From Azolla caroliniana (taxonomy: Eukaryota; Plantae; Polypodiophyta), in NCBI GenBank assembly GCA_043228905.1, contig JBHGNT010000011.1:2852001-2916000 (forward strand): a stretch of DNA of 64,000 bases, in the 5' to 3' direction. Shown here in pieces: positions 11,495-24,584 of this stretch (positions are counted from its first letter, which is position 1; the number at the start of each line of letters is the position of its first letter). The translations under genes and the position numbers were made by a program. The notes under the pieces are model-generated. The model saw only the letters and a list, made by a program, of their open reading frames with translations. It did not search any database and was not told the origin of the DNA.

Positions 11495-14400
11495 TATTGA
11501 GTGAACAAGCTCAACTGGATCCGGATCGGCTGAATAAGCCTGAGCCGGATCGATATCCGGATGGTATCCGGAAACAACCAGCCGGATCGGGGAGCCGGAT
11601 CGGAGAGCCGGATTCGAGTGGGAACCGAAAGCCTAGTAGTAGCCTAGACTACTAGGTAATCATTGTCTCGCAGTTAGTGTCAGTCGCACGTGTGAGCAAT
11701 GAAGTACCTGTTAATACTTTTGTCAGTACTTTATGGACTTGTATAAATAGTGCTATTTAGCACGTTGTATCTACAAAGTTTTAGAGTTAATTTTTTAATA
11801 TAGTTTTATGTTCTGCTCTCTCTGTCTCCTTTGTGTTTTTAAGCTTTTCCATTAAACCTTCATCTCATTTTCTGTTGCTATTCGGCTGAGCTGGTTCTGT
11901 CTGATGCTTCCGCACATTAACATTCACGTGGTATCAGAGTGCGAGGGTCGACATTTGCTTCCGTAGACGAACCCTAGAACCTGGTAACAACAAATAGAGA
12001 GAAGATATGGACAGATGATTGGTGAGTTCACTTCCAACAAAGAAGCTCGACTGGAGCAACTATGCATCCTGGTCATATAAAATGCACCAGTACCTGCTGG
12101 GGCATGGATATTGGAGCTTCGTGGAAGGAACAAATGAAGTAGCACTGGAGCCGTCACACAAAGACTTCCCGGTATGGGAGTAAGGAGCAAGTTGGGTATT
12201 GTACTGTCTCATGATCAAATGCTCAGCTACATCAAGGATGCAAAGACACCAAAGGAGGCCTGGGAAAATCTACAGAAGATTTTCACCGCAAGTACCACAG
12301 CTCGTAAGTTGCAGCTCTAGGAAGAGCTGAATAACATCCGGCAAAGAAACATGTCGGTTACGGACTACACCACCAAGATAAAGGAGATTTGCGATGCACT
12401 CGGGTCCATCAACGTGACGGTGGATGAAGACGAGATGGTACAAATTTGCCTCGGTGGTCTAGCGCAAAGGTACGGGCCAATCTGGATAACGATCTGCATT
12501 CGGGAGAAACCACTGTCCTTCTTCGACTTGCAATCGATGCTGATGGTCGAAGAAAACCATGTGAGTGGGTCAAGGACCACTCAATCGGACGGCCGGATGT
12601 TGTACACGTAGACAGATCGGCCCCATGTGGTGGACAAGGTGGGTCGGCACGCAATGGAGGCGGCCGACAAGAGCAGGACTGGAGGCACAGAGGTTGTGCC
12701 GACAACAGTTTTGGACCCTCCACAAGCAAGGGGAGTCAAAGCGGTGCCGGGAACCGGCAAGGAAAAGTCGACACGGAATGTTGGTACTGTGGCAAAAAGG
12801 GCCACAGGGAAAGCGAGTGCTGGAAAAAGCACGCCAATTCGGACAAATCCGGGTCCGGCAAAACCGGTCGGGAGAACTGGCAAAGCTCGCACTATGCGGA
12901 AAGATCGGAAGGATCTGGAACCGGGAAAACCAGTAAAGGGCCAGCCTTCGTGATGAAGCACAAGGCTAGCTCGATGAAGAACACTACTTGTGGATCGGAG
13001 GAAGTATGGTACGTTGATTCTGGAGCGTCCAACCACATGACGAGCCATGAAGAGTGGTTCTCTTTTTTGGAGAAACCAGAACAACTAGGGATTGTCGAAA
13101 CCGGAGACGACACCCCTCACCCGATTGTGCATGTCGGAGAAGTCCCTTTAACCCATGTAGGACAAACGGGGAAGCTTATGAACGTACTACACGTTCCGAC
13201 TATCACAAAGAACCTGGTGTCAGTTGGGCAAATCGTCGACCAGGGGATGTAGGTGCGGTTTACGCACCTAGGGTGCTTCATCGAGGAAGAGGGCCGGATA
13301 ATTGCTCAAGGGTGCAGAGACGGGAGGATGTTCATCCTCAACACTAATGATGTCGGCACAACTATGTTTTCAAAAGGGTAGAAGGTCGAATCGGACATCG
13401 ACCTATGCCACAAGCGGATCAGCCACGTCAATTATTGGAGGCTTCAAGACCTGCAATTAAAACAAGTCGTTTTTGGTTTGCTGAAATTTAGCGGCCAGAA
13501 GGCCGAAATTTGTGAAACCTGCCAACTCGGGAAGCAACACTAGCTTCCATTCCCCACCGATCGAAACCGGAGCCATAACAAGTGCGATTTAATCCATTCT
13601 GATGTATGGAGACCGGCACAAAACATTAGTCTTGGCGGGAGTCGGTATTTCGTTATCTGCAGTCGGATGGCGAGAAGGAATACTTTTCCGGCAAATTCAA
13701 CAGTTATCTGCAGCAAAATGGAATTTGGAGAGAATTCAGCTGAAGGTACACACCGGAGCAAAATGGTGTGACCGAAAGGAAGAACCGGTCGATTGTCGAC
13801 GTGGCAAGGGCAATGTTGGAGGAGAAGAGCATGCCCCATTTCTACTGGGCCGAGGCGGTCCAGATAGCCGTCTACATCCAAAACCAGATCGGCGACAAGG
13901 AGTCAGCACATGAGTTGTATTTCGGGCGAAAACTGAATTTGAGACACCTTCGGATATTCGATAGCATAGCGTATGTGCATGTACCGGATGAGAAGCGGAG
14001 GAAGCTGGATCCGAAGTCAGAGAAATGCATTCTAGTCGGTTACTCACATGAGCAAAAGGGGTGTAAGTGCTATAACCCTCGGACTAAGCAGGTTCGAGTA
14101 AGCCAAGATGTTGAGTTTGATGAGACGGCATCATGGTACTCCTTACCAACTCCAACTCCCAACGAAGAACCGATTCCGAAAGATGAGGCTAGTGAGCCCG
14201 AGGAAGTCCAGGTAGAATATGAAGACTTCGGCACTTTAGAAGAGAGTCTGATCTCATTCCAGCTAAGTGGACCGAATGAGCGGCTGAGTCAGGATGACCA
14301 GTCAGATGAGGAACCGGCGAGTAGTGGAGACTCTTCACTCCTCTCCCCGCGCAAGGAATCAAGGAGACGGTTCACACGCAAAGAGAAGGGGAAGAAGAAG

Positions 14401-17139
14401 ATGCCGGAATACGAAACCGGCAACGTTGAGTCGGATCAGAGTGAATTTGATTCCGGAAAGGATGAAGGCAGATCTTCGGGAACGAGGTCTGACCTGGCCA
14501 AGAAGGGCCCCAAACCGGGTAATACCAAGTTACGCCAGTCTTCCCGCTTGAAGAACCCCATTACGCGATATAGGTACAATGAGTACATGGCGCATCATTA
14601 TGCGTTCATGACTAAGGTGGTGGAAGTGTGTGAGCCGGAGAGCTACGCAGAAGCGGCAAAGGACACAAAATGGCGTGCCGTTATGGAGGAAGAAATGCAG
14701 GCACTAGATGCCTACGACACATGGGACCTCGTTGACCCTCCCCGACACTATAAACCGATTGGTTGCAAATGGGTGTACAAGGTAAAGTACAATGTTGATG
14801 GTTCGGTTCACCGGTACAAGGCCCGGTTAGTGGCGAAGGGATACACACAGACCCAGGGAATCGATTACGAAGAGACCTTCGCCCCGGTAGCGAAGATGAC
14901 GACGGTTTGTGTGGTACTGTCGGTTGTTGCGGCAAGGGGGTCGCATCTTTACCAGAGGGACGTGAAGAATGCATTTCTTCAAGGTGATCTTGAAGAACTG
15001 GTCTATATGATCCAACCTCCCAGTTTTCAATCGGAGATGAACAAGTCGGCGGTGTGCCGACTCAAGAAGTCGCTTTACGGTCTGAAACAAGCCCCCCGAG
15101 CTTGGAATGCCAAGATCACACACCGGTTGCGTAAGATGGGGTTTGTGACCTCTAAATCCGACTCGTTGTTGTTCATCTGGCAAGGTCCCCACGGTCTGGT
15201 TTGCATCCTCCTTTACGTTGATGATTTAGTCATCACCGGACCCGGACTCAATGAAATCGGCCGAGTAAAGTCCCAGCTGTCGGATGCATTTGAAATGAAG
15301 AACCTCAGGGACATTCATTATTTACTTGGGATCTAGGTGATCCGAACCCCCCACGACATATTGCTCTCACAACGACACTATGTGTTGAATATGCTGTATA
15401 AGTTCGGTATGACGGAGTGCCAACCTGCGATGAGAAACGGTTTCGACAAATCGTCGGAAGCCTGATATACTTGACAATCACTCGACCCGACCTCAGTTAC
15501 CTGGTCGGAGTGATCAGCTAGTTCATGCAGAAGCCGACCGTCGAGCACCTTCAGTGCACACACCGGATACTCCGGTATGTGAGCGGCACGAAGGACCGGG
15601 AATTGTTATACCGGCAGGGTATAACCGAAGAAATAGTCGGATAAATAGATGCCGACTGGGCCGATGATGCATCGAATTGCCGATCCACCTCCGGTTACAT
15701 GTTTTCTCTGGGTAGCGCGGATGTTGCATGGAGCAGCAAAAAGCAGCCAACAGTGGCTCTGTCGAGCACTGAGGCTGAATACCGGGGCGCTACCAATGCC
15801 ACCTGTGAAGCCATCTGGCTTCGGCGACTGCTGCAAGACCTGCGGTTTGAGGTCCCAACCCCGATCCTGATCTATTGTGACAACATGAGCAGCATTCAGC
15901 TCGCAAAGAACCCCGTGTTCCATGCTCGGATGAAGCACATAGAAGTCCACTATCACTTTGTGCGTGAGTAGGTTTTGAGCGGTGAAGTAGAACTTCGGTA
16001 TGTTCAGACGGATCGGCAAGTTGCCGATATCTTCACCAAAGCGCTCGGATCGGACAGGTTGCAGCACTTCACCAAAATGCTTGGTGTTCAGCATCTCGAC
16101 GTGCTGCACTTGAGGGGGAGAAAAGGAAAGGGAACGGATGACAACAGACAAGGAGCCGTAGAGGAAGAAAGAACCAACAAAGGGGGAGACAAGAGGAAAA
16201 AGGAAGCCAAGCCGACCAAAGGAGTCGGCACATCCGAAAAGGTCAGAACAAGCGGCAGTGGTGGCAGAGCCAAGAAGGACAGAGCCGACCGGAAGAAAAC
16301 GGCCAAGACCCGAACGTGGTCTGGTGTGGTGAAGGGCCTGAAACTGGAAGACGAGTTGGAGAACACCGACTTGAACAAGAGTTGGAACGAATCGAAGGAA
16401 ACCGATTCGGTTCAAGATTCAGAGAAGTCGGATCAATTGAAGGTCAAGCGAACACGGACGCAGTGGAAGTCGATGCCAACACGAAGGAACCGACGGGTCG
16501 ACAAGCGCCAGAGCCGCAGCAACGTGGGAGCTTAAATGGGCCTGTTGAGCAAACAAGCTGACCAAGGAGGTCGAGGTGCGCAAAACCAGAAGGGTCGCGA
16601 AAACAGGACCGGACGAGGAACGCAAGCGAGGTGGAGCAACGCCAGAAGGAGCCGAGTAGAAGAACCGATTGTCGCGGACACTAACATCATGATCCGACCT
16701 CAAGTTAAGCTTGAGGGGGAGTGTTGAGTGAGCAAGCTCAATCGGATCCTGATCGGTTGAATAAGCCTGAACCGGATCGACATCTGGCAGGATGAGCCGA
16801 ATCGGTATCCGGAAACAACCGACCGGATTGGGGAGCCGGAAGCCTAGTAGTAGCCTAGACTACTAGGTAATCATTGTCTCGCAGTTAGTGTCAATCGCAT
16901 GTGTGAGCATTGAAGTACCTGTCAATACTTCTGTCAATCCTTTATGGACTTGTATAAATAGTGTTGTTTAGCACGTTGTATCTACAGAGTTTTAGAGTTA
17001 ATTTTTTAATATAGTTTTATGTTCTTCTCTCTTTGTCTCCTTTGTGTTTTTAAGCTTTTCCATTAAACCTCCATCTCATTTTTTGTTGCTATCCGGCTGA
17101 GCTGGTTCTCTCTAACGCTTCTGCACATTAACATTCACA
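11495..17139 (+). mobile_element. Copia element 1, full length, degenerate; LTRs 11495-11928 and 16722-17139
   Basis: TSD CATTC/CATTC; PBS TGGTATCAGAG 11929-11939 (tRNA-iMet); PPT TTGAGGGGGAG 16711-16721; gag-PR-INT-RT-RH order. Confidence 0.96.
12019..16727 (+). pseudogene. Element 1 gag-pol with basic C-terminal extension; multiple stops and frameshifts
   Basis: CWYCGKKGHRESEC knuckle, WYVDSGAS protease, [32 protein letters not shown], then K/R-rich tail ending LEGEC. Confidence 0.95.
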
Positions 17140-17144
17140 CATTC

Positions 17145-17467
17145 CAACTATAGCGCAGTGTTGCGAATTTTTGACTTGGATTGAGTCAGAATGTCGAGCC
17201 AAATATTGCCATAAATGTGATTGATGAGGGGTCACGTGGTAAAATGCACCCAAATCCAGGAGCCATGTGCTCGATTCCTCAGTCATAAGCAGAATTTCCG
17301 ACTCGACTGAGTTCTCTATAAACAGGATGTTTGGATCATCCGTGAGTACTTCAATTGAAGAGCCAATATAGTTTACCTCCTTATGCTAGCCACTCTTCTG
17401 ATAAGTTAGATGAGTTTTATCATTTTTGGTTTTGAGTGCACGACAGTCGGCTTTAACATGTCCACGT
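17145..17467 (-). pseudogene. Host Copia Zn-knuckle half and protease remnant
   Basis: GHVKADCRAL...WLLDLGAFYHVTP on the minus strand. Confidence 0.8.
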
Positions 17468-18658
17468 TGTCGTGAAGATTTTCGGCAACGGTGTGAAAAT
17501 TGAATGGAATGTACAAAATCAAGTGTGGTTCTTCACACACAATATGAAACAATAATAGTGAAGATATTATTTTATATTAGTTTAATATCTTGGTACAAAA
17601 AGATGGATGTCTTCAAGAGCTTCTGAATACATTTTACTACATGTGAAATGGACAACTTAGTGTCAAGTTATGTGAGTGTGAAGTCTGAGAAGAAGAAGAG
17701 GAAAACAAAATTGTGAGATATCCCACATAGATAAGACACCATCAAGAATCAAGAGTATATAAGTAGAGCCATATCTCTTTACATTTCATTTGTGTGTTAG
17801 GAGCACAAAAAGGTTGGGTTATTTAACTTGGACGAATGGATGCCGCCAAGTTGTTGAAAATTGTTTTGGAGAACTGGAACCGGAACGGACAAACGGCGAC
17901 GGAACCGAAACCGGAACGGGCCAGATGCATCCGAACCGGACGAAATGCGGATCAAATGCGGATCGAACCGGTCGAGATCGAACAAACGAATTGGTCGAGT
18001 CGATTGAATAGGTTGATCGCAACGCACGGTGTCTTGAAGATTTTTTGGTGTGAAACGAACAAAATTGTCTAACGATTCCATCGGGTCATTGGAGATCAAA
18101 GGAAGATATAATATGCAGTTAAACATTTGTAAATACAAGACTAAAACCTTGTGTTTATAGGGGTGTAAGTAAGAATTTGAACCTTGCACCTCCTACATAA
18201 GGAACCACATGACTTGCCACTAAGCTAAGTCATGACTTTAGAGTTATATTTTTATCATTGTACTTTTCATATGTAAAATCTTATACATGAGAACTTAGAT
18301 GAGTGACATGGCAAACATGCATTGCATGCATTTCATGCGTTACGTGCATGTCTTGCACCCTCCCATGCATCATGGGGGGATCTATAAAAGAATGGAGATC
18401 AAGCAAGATGGGACTAATGAAGAAATTGGGGAAGAAATTAATAATAATAAAAATAAACAAGTTATCCTAATGGTGATGCATCTTGTCTCTCAAATCTAAA
18501 GTCAAGGGTTTAATCTCAATCTCTCTCTCCATATCAATCTCTCTTAATCTATCTTAAATCCTTTCTCGCTAAAGCTAGTGCAAACTTCAAATCCTTCCGG
18601 TCTAGGACCCCGGCGGTTCCGCCTCACGATCCGACATAGTGACGGATTTTTCACGACA
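17468..18658 (+). mobile_element. Probable solo LTR (Gypsy-like, 4-bp TSD) splitting the host zinc knuckle
   Basis: Perfect 9-bp inverted ends TGTCGTGAA...TTCACGACA; TSD ACGT/ACGC; removal restores CNSCKKRGHVKADC; TATA ctataaaag at ~18382. Confidence 0.75.
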
Positions 18659-19384
18659 ACGCTTCTTGCAAGAGTTGCATGTTCGGCTATCCCTAGACTT
18701 GCTCTGGCTTCATAAATTTATCGGCGTCCAGGAAGAATTTCTTCCTCGGTTGTTCGGTTAGTCAGCCGAACCTTCTACTACAAAAGCATCCTTGGTCGTG
18801 TCGTGAACGAAAGATCTCCTCCGAGCATCTTCAATAAATATTGAGCTCTTTGATTTGGAGTAGCTTACAGCCGTTACGGATACGTTGCACACCGTGGTGA
18901 CATAAGTTTCACAGGAGTAAGGCAGACTGCTCATTAGTACAAGAGCTTTCAGCTTGTCTTCTATGGTGACTCCTTAAGCCGACAATTGGGAACTCAAATT
19001 TTCATATTCATTGATGTGTGCATGGACCAAGTCAGACTCTTTCATCCGAAGATTGTAGAGGCTCCATATCAGATATATATTTGTTGTGGTGACCTTCTTT
19101 TCATAAGTGCCCGATAGTGTCTTCCAGAGATGCAAGGCAATTGAACAAGATTGCACTGTGAAGTACACTGACTCCGACAAGTGTATCCAAATGGTGGCCC
19201 GGACAATTCGATCTAATTTTGTCCACTCATTCGGCTTGTACTCCTCTAGAGAATTTTCAAATTTGATCCGATTTATCTTACCTTTGACGATCATATAGTC
19301 CTACATTAGTTCCTTCCAGAAGTTGAAGTTCGACCTATCGAACTTCCTTACTCTCGTTTTGGATGAGCCGGATGTTTATGCCAT
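18659..19384 (-). pseudogene. Host Copia gag (UBN2-type)
   Basis: ATG at 19384; KFDRSNFNFWK, WTKLDRIVRATI, LWKTLSGTYEKK, LYNLRMKESD. Confidence 0.88.
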
Positions 19385-19522
19385 CTGTGTTGGCTTTGGG
19401 AGGCTTTGTCTGGAGTTGTGTGAAAGTTAGCATGTAGAAGCTTATGCCAAACCGGCTCTGCCGGATAGTAGCAGTAAAGAGAAGAAGGTTTAATGGAACC
19501 TTAACACAGAGAATAAGCATAC

Positions 19523-19563
<41 letters not shown>

Positions 19564-21751
19564 ACATAAACCTCTATTCAAAATAATACTTTCAATATTA
19601 TGTCCATAGAATGTGCTCAGAGAGCACTTTTATACATGTCCATAAAGGACTAATAGAAGTACTGACAAGTGCTTCAATGCTCACATGAGCAACTATCACT
19701 AACTCCCAAAAATATGCCTACGTATTAGGCTGGATCCGTAAGCCTTTAACGGCCTACCGGTTTCAATCCGATCCGGGTCTCCGATCCAGCTCCTGGTTTC
19801 GAATATCATCCGGACACTGATCCAGCTCTGGCTTATTCAGCTGATCCGGATCCGGTTGAGCTTGCTTGCTCAACACTCCCCATCAAACTCAACTTGAGGT
19901 CGGATCGTGGTGTTAGTGTCTACAGTAGCCGGTCCTTTCCTCCAGCCCCTTCTGGCATCCTCCCGCCTTGCTCGCGCTCCTCGTCCGGTCTGGTACTGCA
20001 CACCTCGACCTCCTTGGTCGACTTGTTTGCTCAACAAGCCCATTTAACCTCCTTCGTTGTTATGACTCCGGCACTTGTCGACCCGTCGTCTCCTCCGTGT
20101 TGGCGTCGACTTCCGCTACGTTCCTGTCCGCTTGGCCTTAAGAAGATCTAGCTCTTCCAAATCCATCTCTTGAACCGAATCGGCTGTCTTCGATTCGTTC
20201 TAGCTCTTGTCCGAATCGGTCACTTCCGATTCATTCCAGCTCTTGTCCGAGTTGGTGTTCTCCAACTCGTCTCCGGTTTTCAGACCCTTCACCACATCAG
20301 ACCACAACCGAGTCTTGGCCTTCTTCTTCTGTCCTTTTTGACTTTGCCGCCACTGCCACTTGCTCCGACTTGTTCGGATGTGCCGACTCCTTCGGTCGGC
20401 TCGGCTTCCTTTTTCTGCTTATCTCCTCCCTTGGTTCTTTCTTCCTCACCGGTTCCTTGTCCAGTGCCATCCGTTCCCATTCATGTTCTTCCCCTCAAGT
20501 GCGGCACATCGAGATGTTGTAGGCCAAGCATCACCGAAAAGTGTTGCAACTTGTCCGACCCAAGCGGCTTGGTGAAAATGTCGGCAACCTGCCGATCCGT
20601 GTGAACATACCGAAGTTCAACTTCACCACTCAGGACCCGCTCATGAACAAATTGATAATGCACTTCTATGTGCTTTGTCCAAGCACGGAACACTGGGTTC
20701 TTGGCGAGCTATATGTTGCTCATTTTGTCATAGTGGATCGGGATCGGGGTCGGCACCTCGATACGGAGGTCACGCAGTAGTCGCCGAAGCCAGATGGCTT
20801 CATAGGTGGCAATGGTGGCGCCCTAGTATTCAGCCTTAGTGCTCGACATAGCCACTATTGGTTGCTTTTTGTTGCTCCATGCAACAGTCGCGCTACCAAG
20901 AGAAAACATGTAACCGAAGGTGGATCGGCGATCCGATGCATCACCAACCCAGTTGACATCTATGTATCTGACTAGCTCTTCAGTTATACCATGCCGGTAT
21001 AATAGTCCCCGGTCCTTCGTGCCGCTCACATATCGCAATTATATTCGATGCGCGCACTGAAGGTCTCCACGGTTGGCTTCTGCATGAACTGGTTGATCAT
21101 TCCAACTAGATAATTGATGTCGGGTCGGGTGATTGTCAAGTAGATAAGGCTTCCGACAATTTGTCTGAACCGTTTCTCATCGCAGGTCGGTCCGGAGTCG
21201 AGACGTAGCTTCAGGTTCCGGTCCAAGGGTGTGGAGATCGGTTGGCATTCAATCATGCCAAACTTGTACAACATATTCAACACATAATGGCGTTGTGAGA
21301 GCAATATGCCATCGGGGGTTCGGATCACCTCGATCCCAAGAAAATAATGTAGGTCCCCCAGGTCCTTCATTTCAAATGCGTCCGACAGCTAGGACTTCAC
21401 CCGGCTGATTTCAACATGTCCGGGTTCGACGATGACTAAATCATCTACATAAAGAAAAATGCAAACCAAATTGTCCAGACCGTACCGGATGAACAATGAA
21501 GAGTCCGACTTTGAGGCCGCAAACCCCATCTTATGTAGCTGCTGCATGATCTTCACATTCCAAGCTCGAGGGGCTTGCTTTAGACCGTAGAGCGACTTCT
21601 TGAGTTGGCACACTGCCGACTTGTTCATCTCCAATTGGAAACCGGGGGGTTGGATCATATAGACCCGTTCTTCAAGGTCACCTTGAAGAAACACATTCTT
21701 CATGTCCATTTGGTGAAGATGTCATCCCCTTGCTGCAGCAACTACCAGTAC

Positions 21752-22488
21752 TGTTAGGAAACAGGTTCCTCCGGATGGGAAGTGAGAAGAACAGTGCTGA
21801 TGAGCAAATTCAGCTGAGGCCGAATCCAGATGACGAGTACCCGGCAAGAGCCGGATGGTGAAGACCCGGTGAGAACAGGATGTGGAGTACCCAGCAAGAG
21901 CCGGATAGTGAAGACCCGGTGAGAACCGGATGACGAGTGCCCGACAAGAGCCGGATGGTGAAGGCCCGGTGAGAACCGGATGACGAGTGCCCGGTAAGAG
22001 CTGGATGATGCAAGCCCGGTGAGGAGTGCTCACTGGATGAAAGGGACATATTCGTAAATATGTTCCTGAGAGTCCATTGGGACTATATTTGTAAATGACT
22101 GAAAAGTCATATTAGTATAAATATGACTTAGGGCAAACTTAGTATGTGTGTTGTTGTCATTCTTGTTGGTGCAAGATTTGAGTGCATAACTGTGTACAGA
22201 GAGAGAGAGAGAGGAAGAGGTCGTTGCCTCTGTTGTAATTGCCACCTATGGCGAAGATAGCAAGCTCGAGGTCGTTGCCCCGGTGCTTTACTATTGTACA
22301 TTCTGATATAGTGATAGTTTGCAGTCTCTGGGCTGCCGTGGTTTTCTCCCAATTTGGGTTTTTTCCACGTTAACATCCTGTGTACTCCTCTCTTCACTGT
22401 GTCGTGCGTTCATTACCCGTTTTCTGTGTTTTATCCTAGGCTCGGTTGTGGCCGAGCGTTGTTCATCGGGAGCGTGTATTCCTGTTGA
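21752..22488 (+). mobile_element. Solo LTR inserted in element 2 RT, with internal ~45-bp tandem repeats
   Basis: TSD AGTAC/AGTAC; starts TGTTAGGAA; tataaata at ~22116; repeats ccggatgacgagtgcccg/ccggatggtgaagacccggtgag at 21825-22025. Confidence 0.88.
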
Positions 22489-24584
22489 AGTACCACACGA
22501 ATCGTCGTCATCTTTGCTACCGGAGCAAAGGTCTCGTTGTAGTCGATTCCATGGGTCTGTGTGTATCCCTTCGCCACTAACTTGGCCTTGTACCGGTTGA
22601 CCGAACAGTCGACATTGTACTTTACTTTGTACACCCATTTTCAACCGATCGGTTTGCACTATCGGGGAGGGTCAACGAGGTCCCATGTATCGTTGGCATC
22701 TAATGCTCGCATTTCTTCCTCCATAGTAGCACACAAATTTGCATCTTTTCTTGCTTCTGCGTAGCTCTCCGGCTCACGCACTTCCGCCACCTTAGTCATG
22801 TACGCATAGTGATGCGCCATGTATTCATTGTACCCTTACCTCATGACAGTTTTCTTCTGACGGGTTGACCGACGTAACTTTTCGTTAGCCGGTTTGAGTC
22901 CCTTCTTGGCCGGTTCAGACTTCCAGATTCGTTTCGATCCGACCCTTCACTGCCGGTGTTGTATTCCGACATCTTCTTCTTCCCCTTCTCTTTGCGTGTG
23001 AACCATCTCCTCGGTTCCTTGCGCGGGGAGAGCACGACAGAGTCTCCACTACTCGCCGGTTCTTCATCCGACTAGTCATCCCGACTCAGCCGCTCATTCG
23101 GTCCACTTAGCCGGAATGAGATCGGACTCTCTCCTAGAGTGTCGAAGTCTTCATCTTCTTCATGGACCTCCTCGAGCTCACTAGCCTCATCTTCCGAAAT
23201 CGGGTCTTCGTCGGGAGTTGGAGTCGGTAGGCTGTACCATGATGCCGACTCATCAAACTCGACATCTCGACTTACTCGTACCTGTTTAGTCCGGGGGTTA
23301 TAGCACTTATACCCCTTTTGCTCATGCGAGTAAGAGACTAGGATGCACTTCTCCGACTTCAGATCTAGCTTCTTTCGCTTCTCATCCGGTACATGCACGT
23401 ATGCTATGCTACCGAATATCCGAAGGTGTCTCAAATTTGGCTTCCGCCCGAAATACAGCTCATGTGCTGACACTTTGTCTCCGATCCAGTTTTGGATGTA
23501 GACGGTCATCCGGACCGCCTCAGCCCAGTAGAATTAGGACATGCTCTTCTCCTCCAGCATTGCCCTTGTTGCGTCGACAATCGACCGGTTCTTCCTTTCG
23601 GCTACACAATTTTGCTCCGGTGTGTATCTATAGTTGAATTCTCTCCGAATTCCGTTCTGCTGCAAATAATTGTTGAATTGACCGGAAAAGTATTCTTTTC
23701 CGCCATCCAACCGCAGGCACTTGATCTTCCTCTCCGTTTCCCTTTTGACTAAACTTTGAAGGTTCCAGAAACAGTCAAAGACTTTGCTTTTCTTCTCGAT
23801 GAGGTAGATCCACGTGTGTCAGCTATAATCATCGATGAAGGAGACGAAATACCGACTCCCACCAAGACTAACGTTTTGTGCCAGTCCCCATACATCTGAA
23901 TGGATTAAGTCGAGCTTGTTACGCCTTCGATTTCGTTCGGTGGGGAATGTAAGCCGGTGTTGCTACCCGAGTTGGCAGGCTTCACATATTTGGGCCTTCT
24001 GGCCACTAAACTTCGGCAATCCGAACACAACTTGTTTCGACTGCAGATCTTGAAGCCTTTGGTAGTTGACATGGCTGATCCGCTTCTGCCAAAGATCAAC
24101 GTCTGATTCAATCTTCTGTCCTTTGGCAAACATGGCGGTGCCGACGTCATTTGTGTTGAGGATGAAAATCCTCCCTTCCCTGCGCCCTTGCACAATTATC
24201 CGACCTTCTTTCTCGATAAAGCACCTGAGGTGTGTAAACCGCACCTGCATTCCCTGGTCGACGATTTGTCCGACCTATACCAGGTTCTTTGTGATAGTCA
24301 GAACATGTAGTACGTTCATCAGCTTTCCCTTTTGTCCGACATGGCTTAAAGGGACTTCTCCGACATGCACAATCAGTTGAGGGGTGTCCTCTCCGATTTC
24401 GACAATCCCCCGTTATTCCGGCTTCTCCAAAAAAGAGAACCACTCTTCATGGCTCGTCATGTAGTCGGACGCTCCGGAATCAACGTACCATACTTCCTCC
24501 GATCTGGAAGTATGGTACGAGTTCGCCTTGTGCTTCATCACAAAGGCTGGCCCTTTTCGGGTCTTCCCGATTCCGGATCCTTCT

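Noticed and set aside
15606-16415. 269-aa antisense ORF, with similar ones at 20170-20604 and 29019-29525, as a possible env-like gene
   Set aside because: It overlaps RNase H and the purine-rich tail. Its hydrophobicity is the expected mirror of K/E/R codons, and its extent differs between copies.
21825-22025. Regularly spaced repeats resembling a CRISPR array
   Set aside because: Eukaryotic LTR U3 tandem repeats with no unique spacers and no cas genes.
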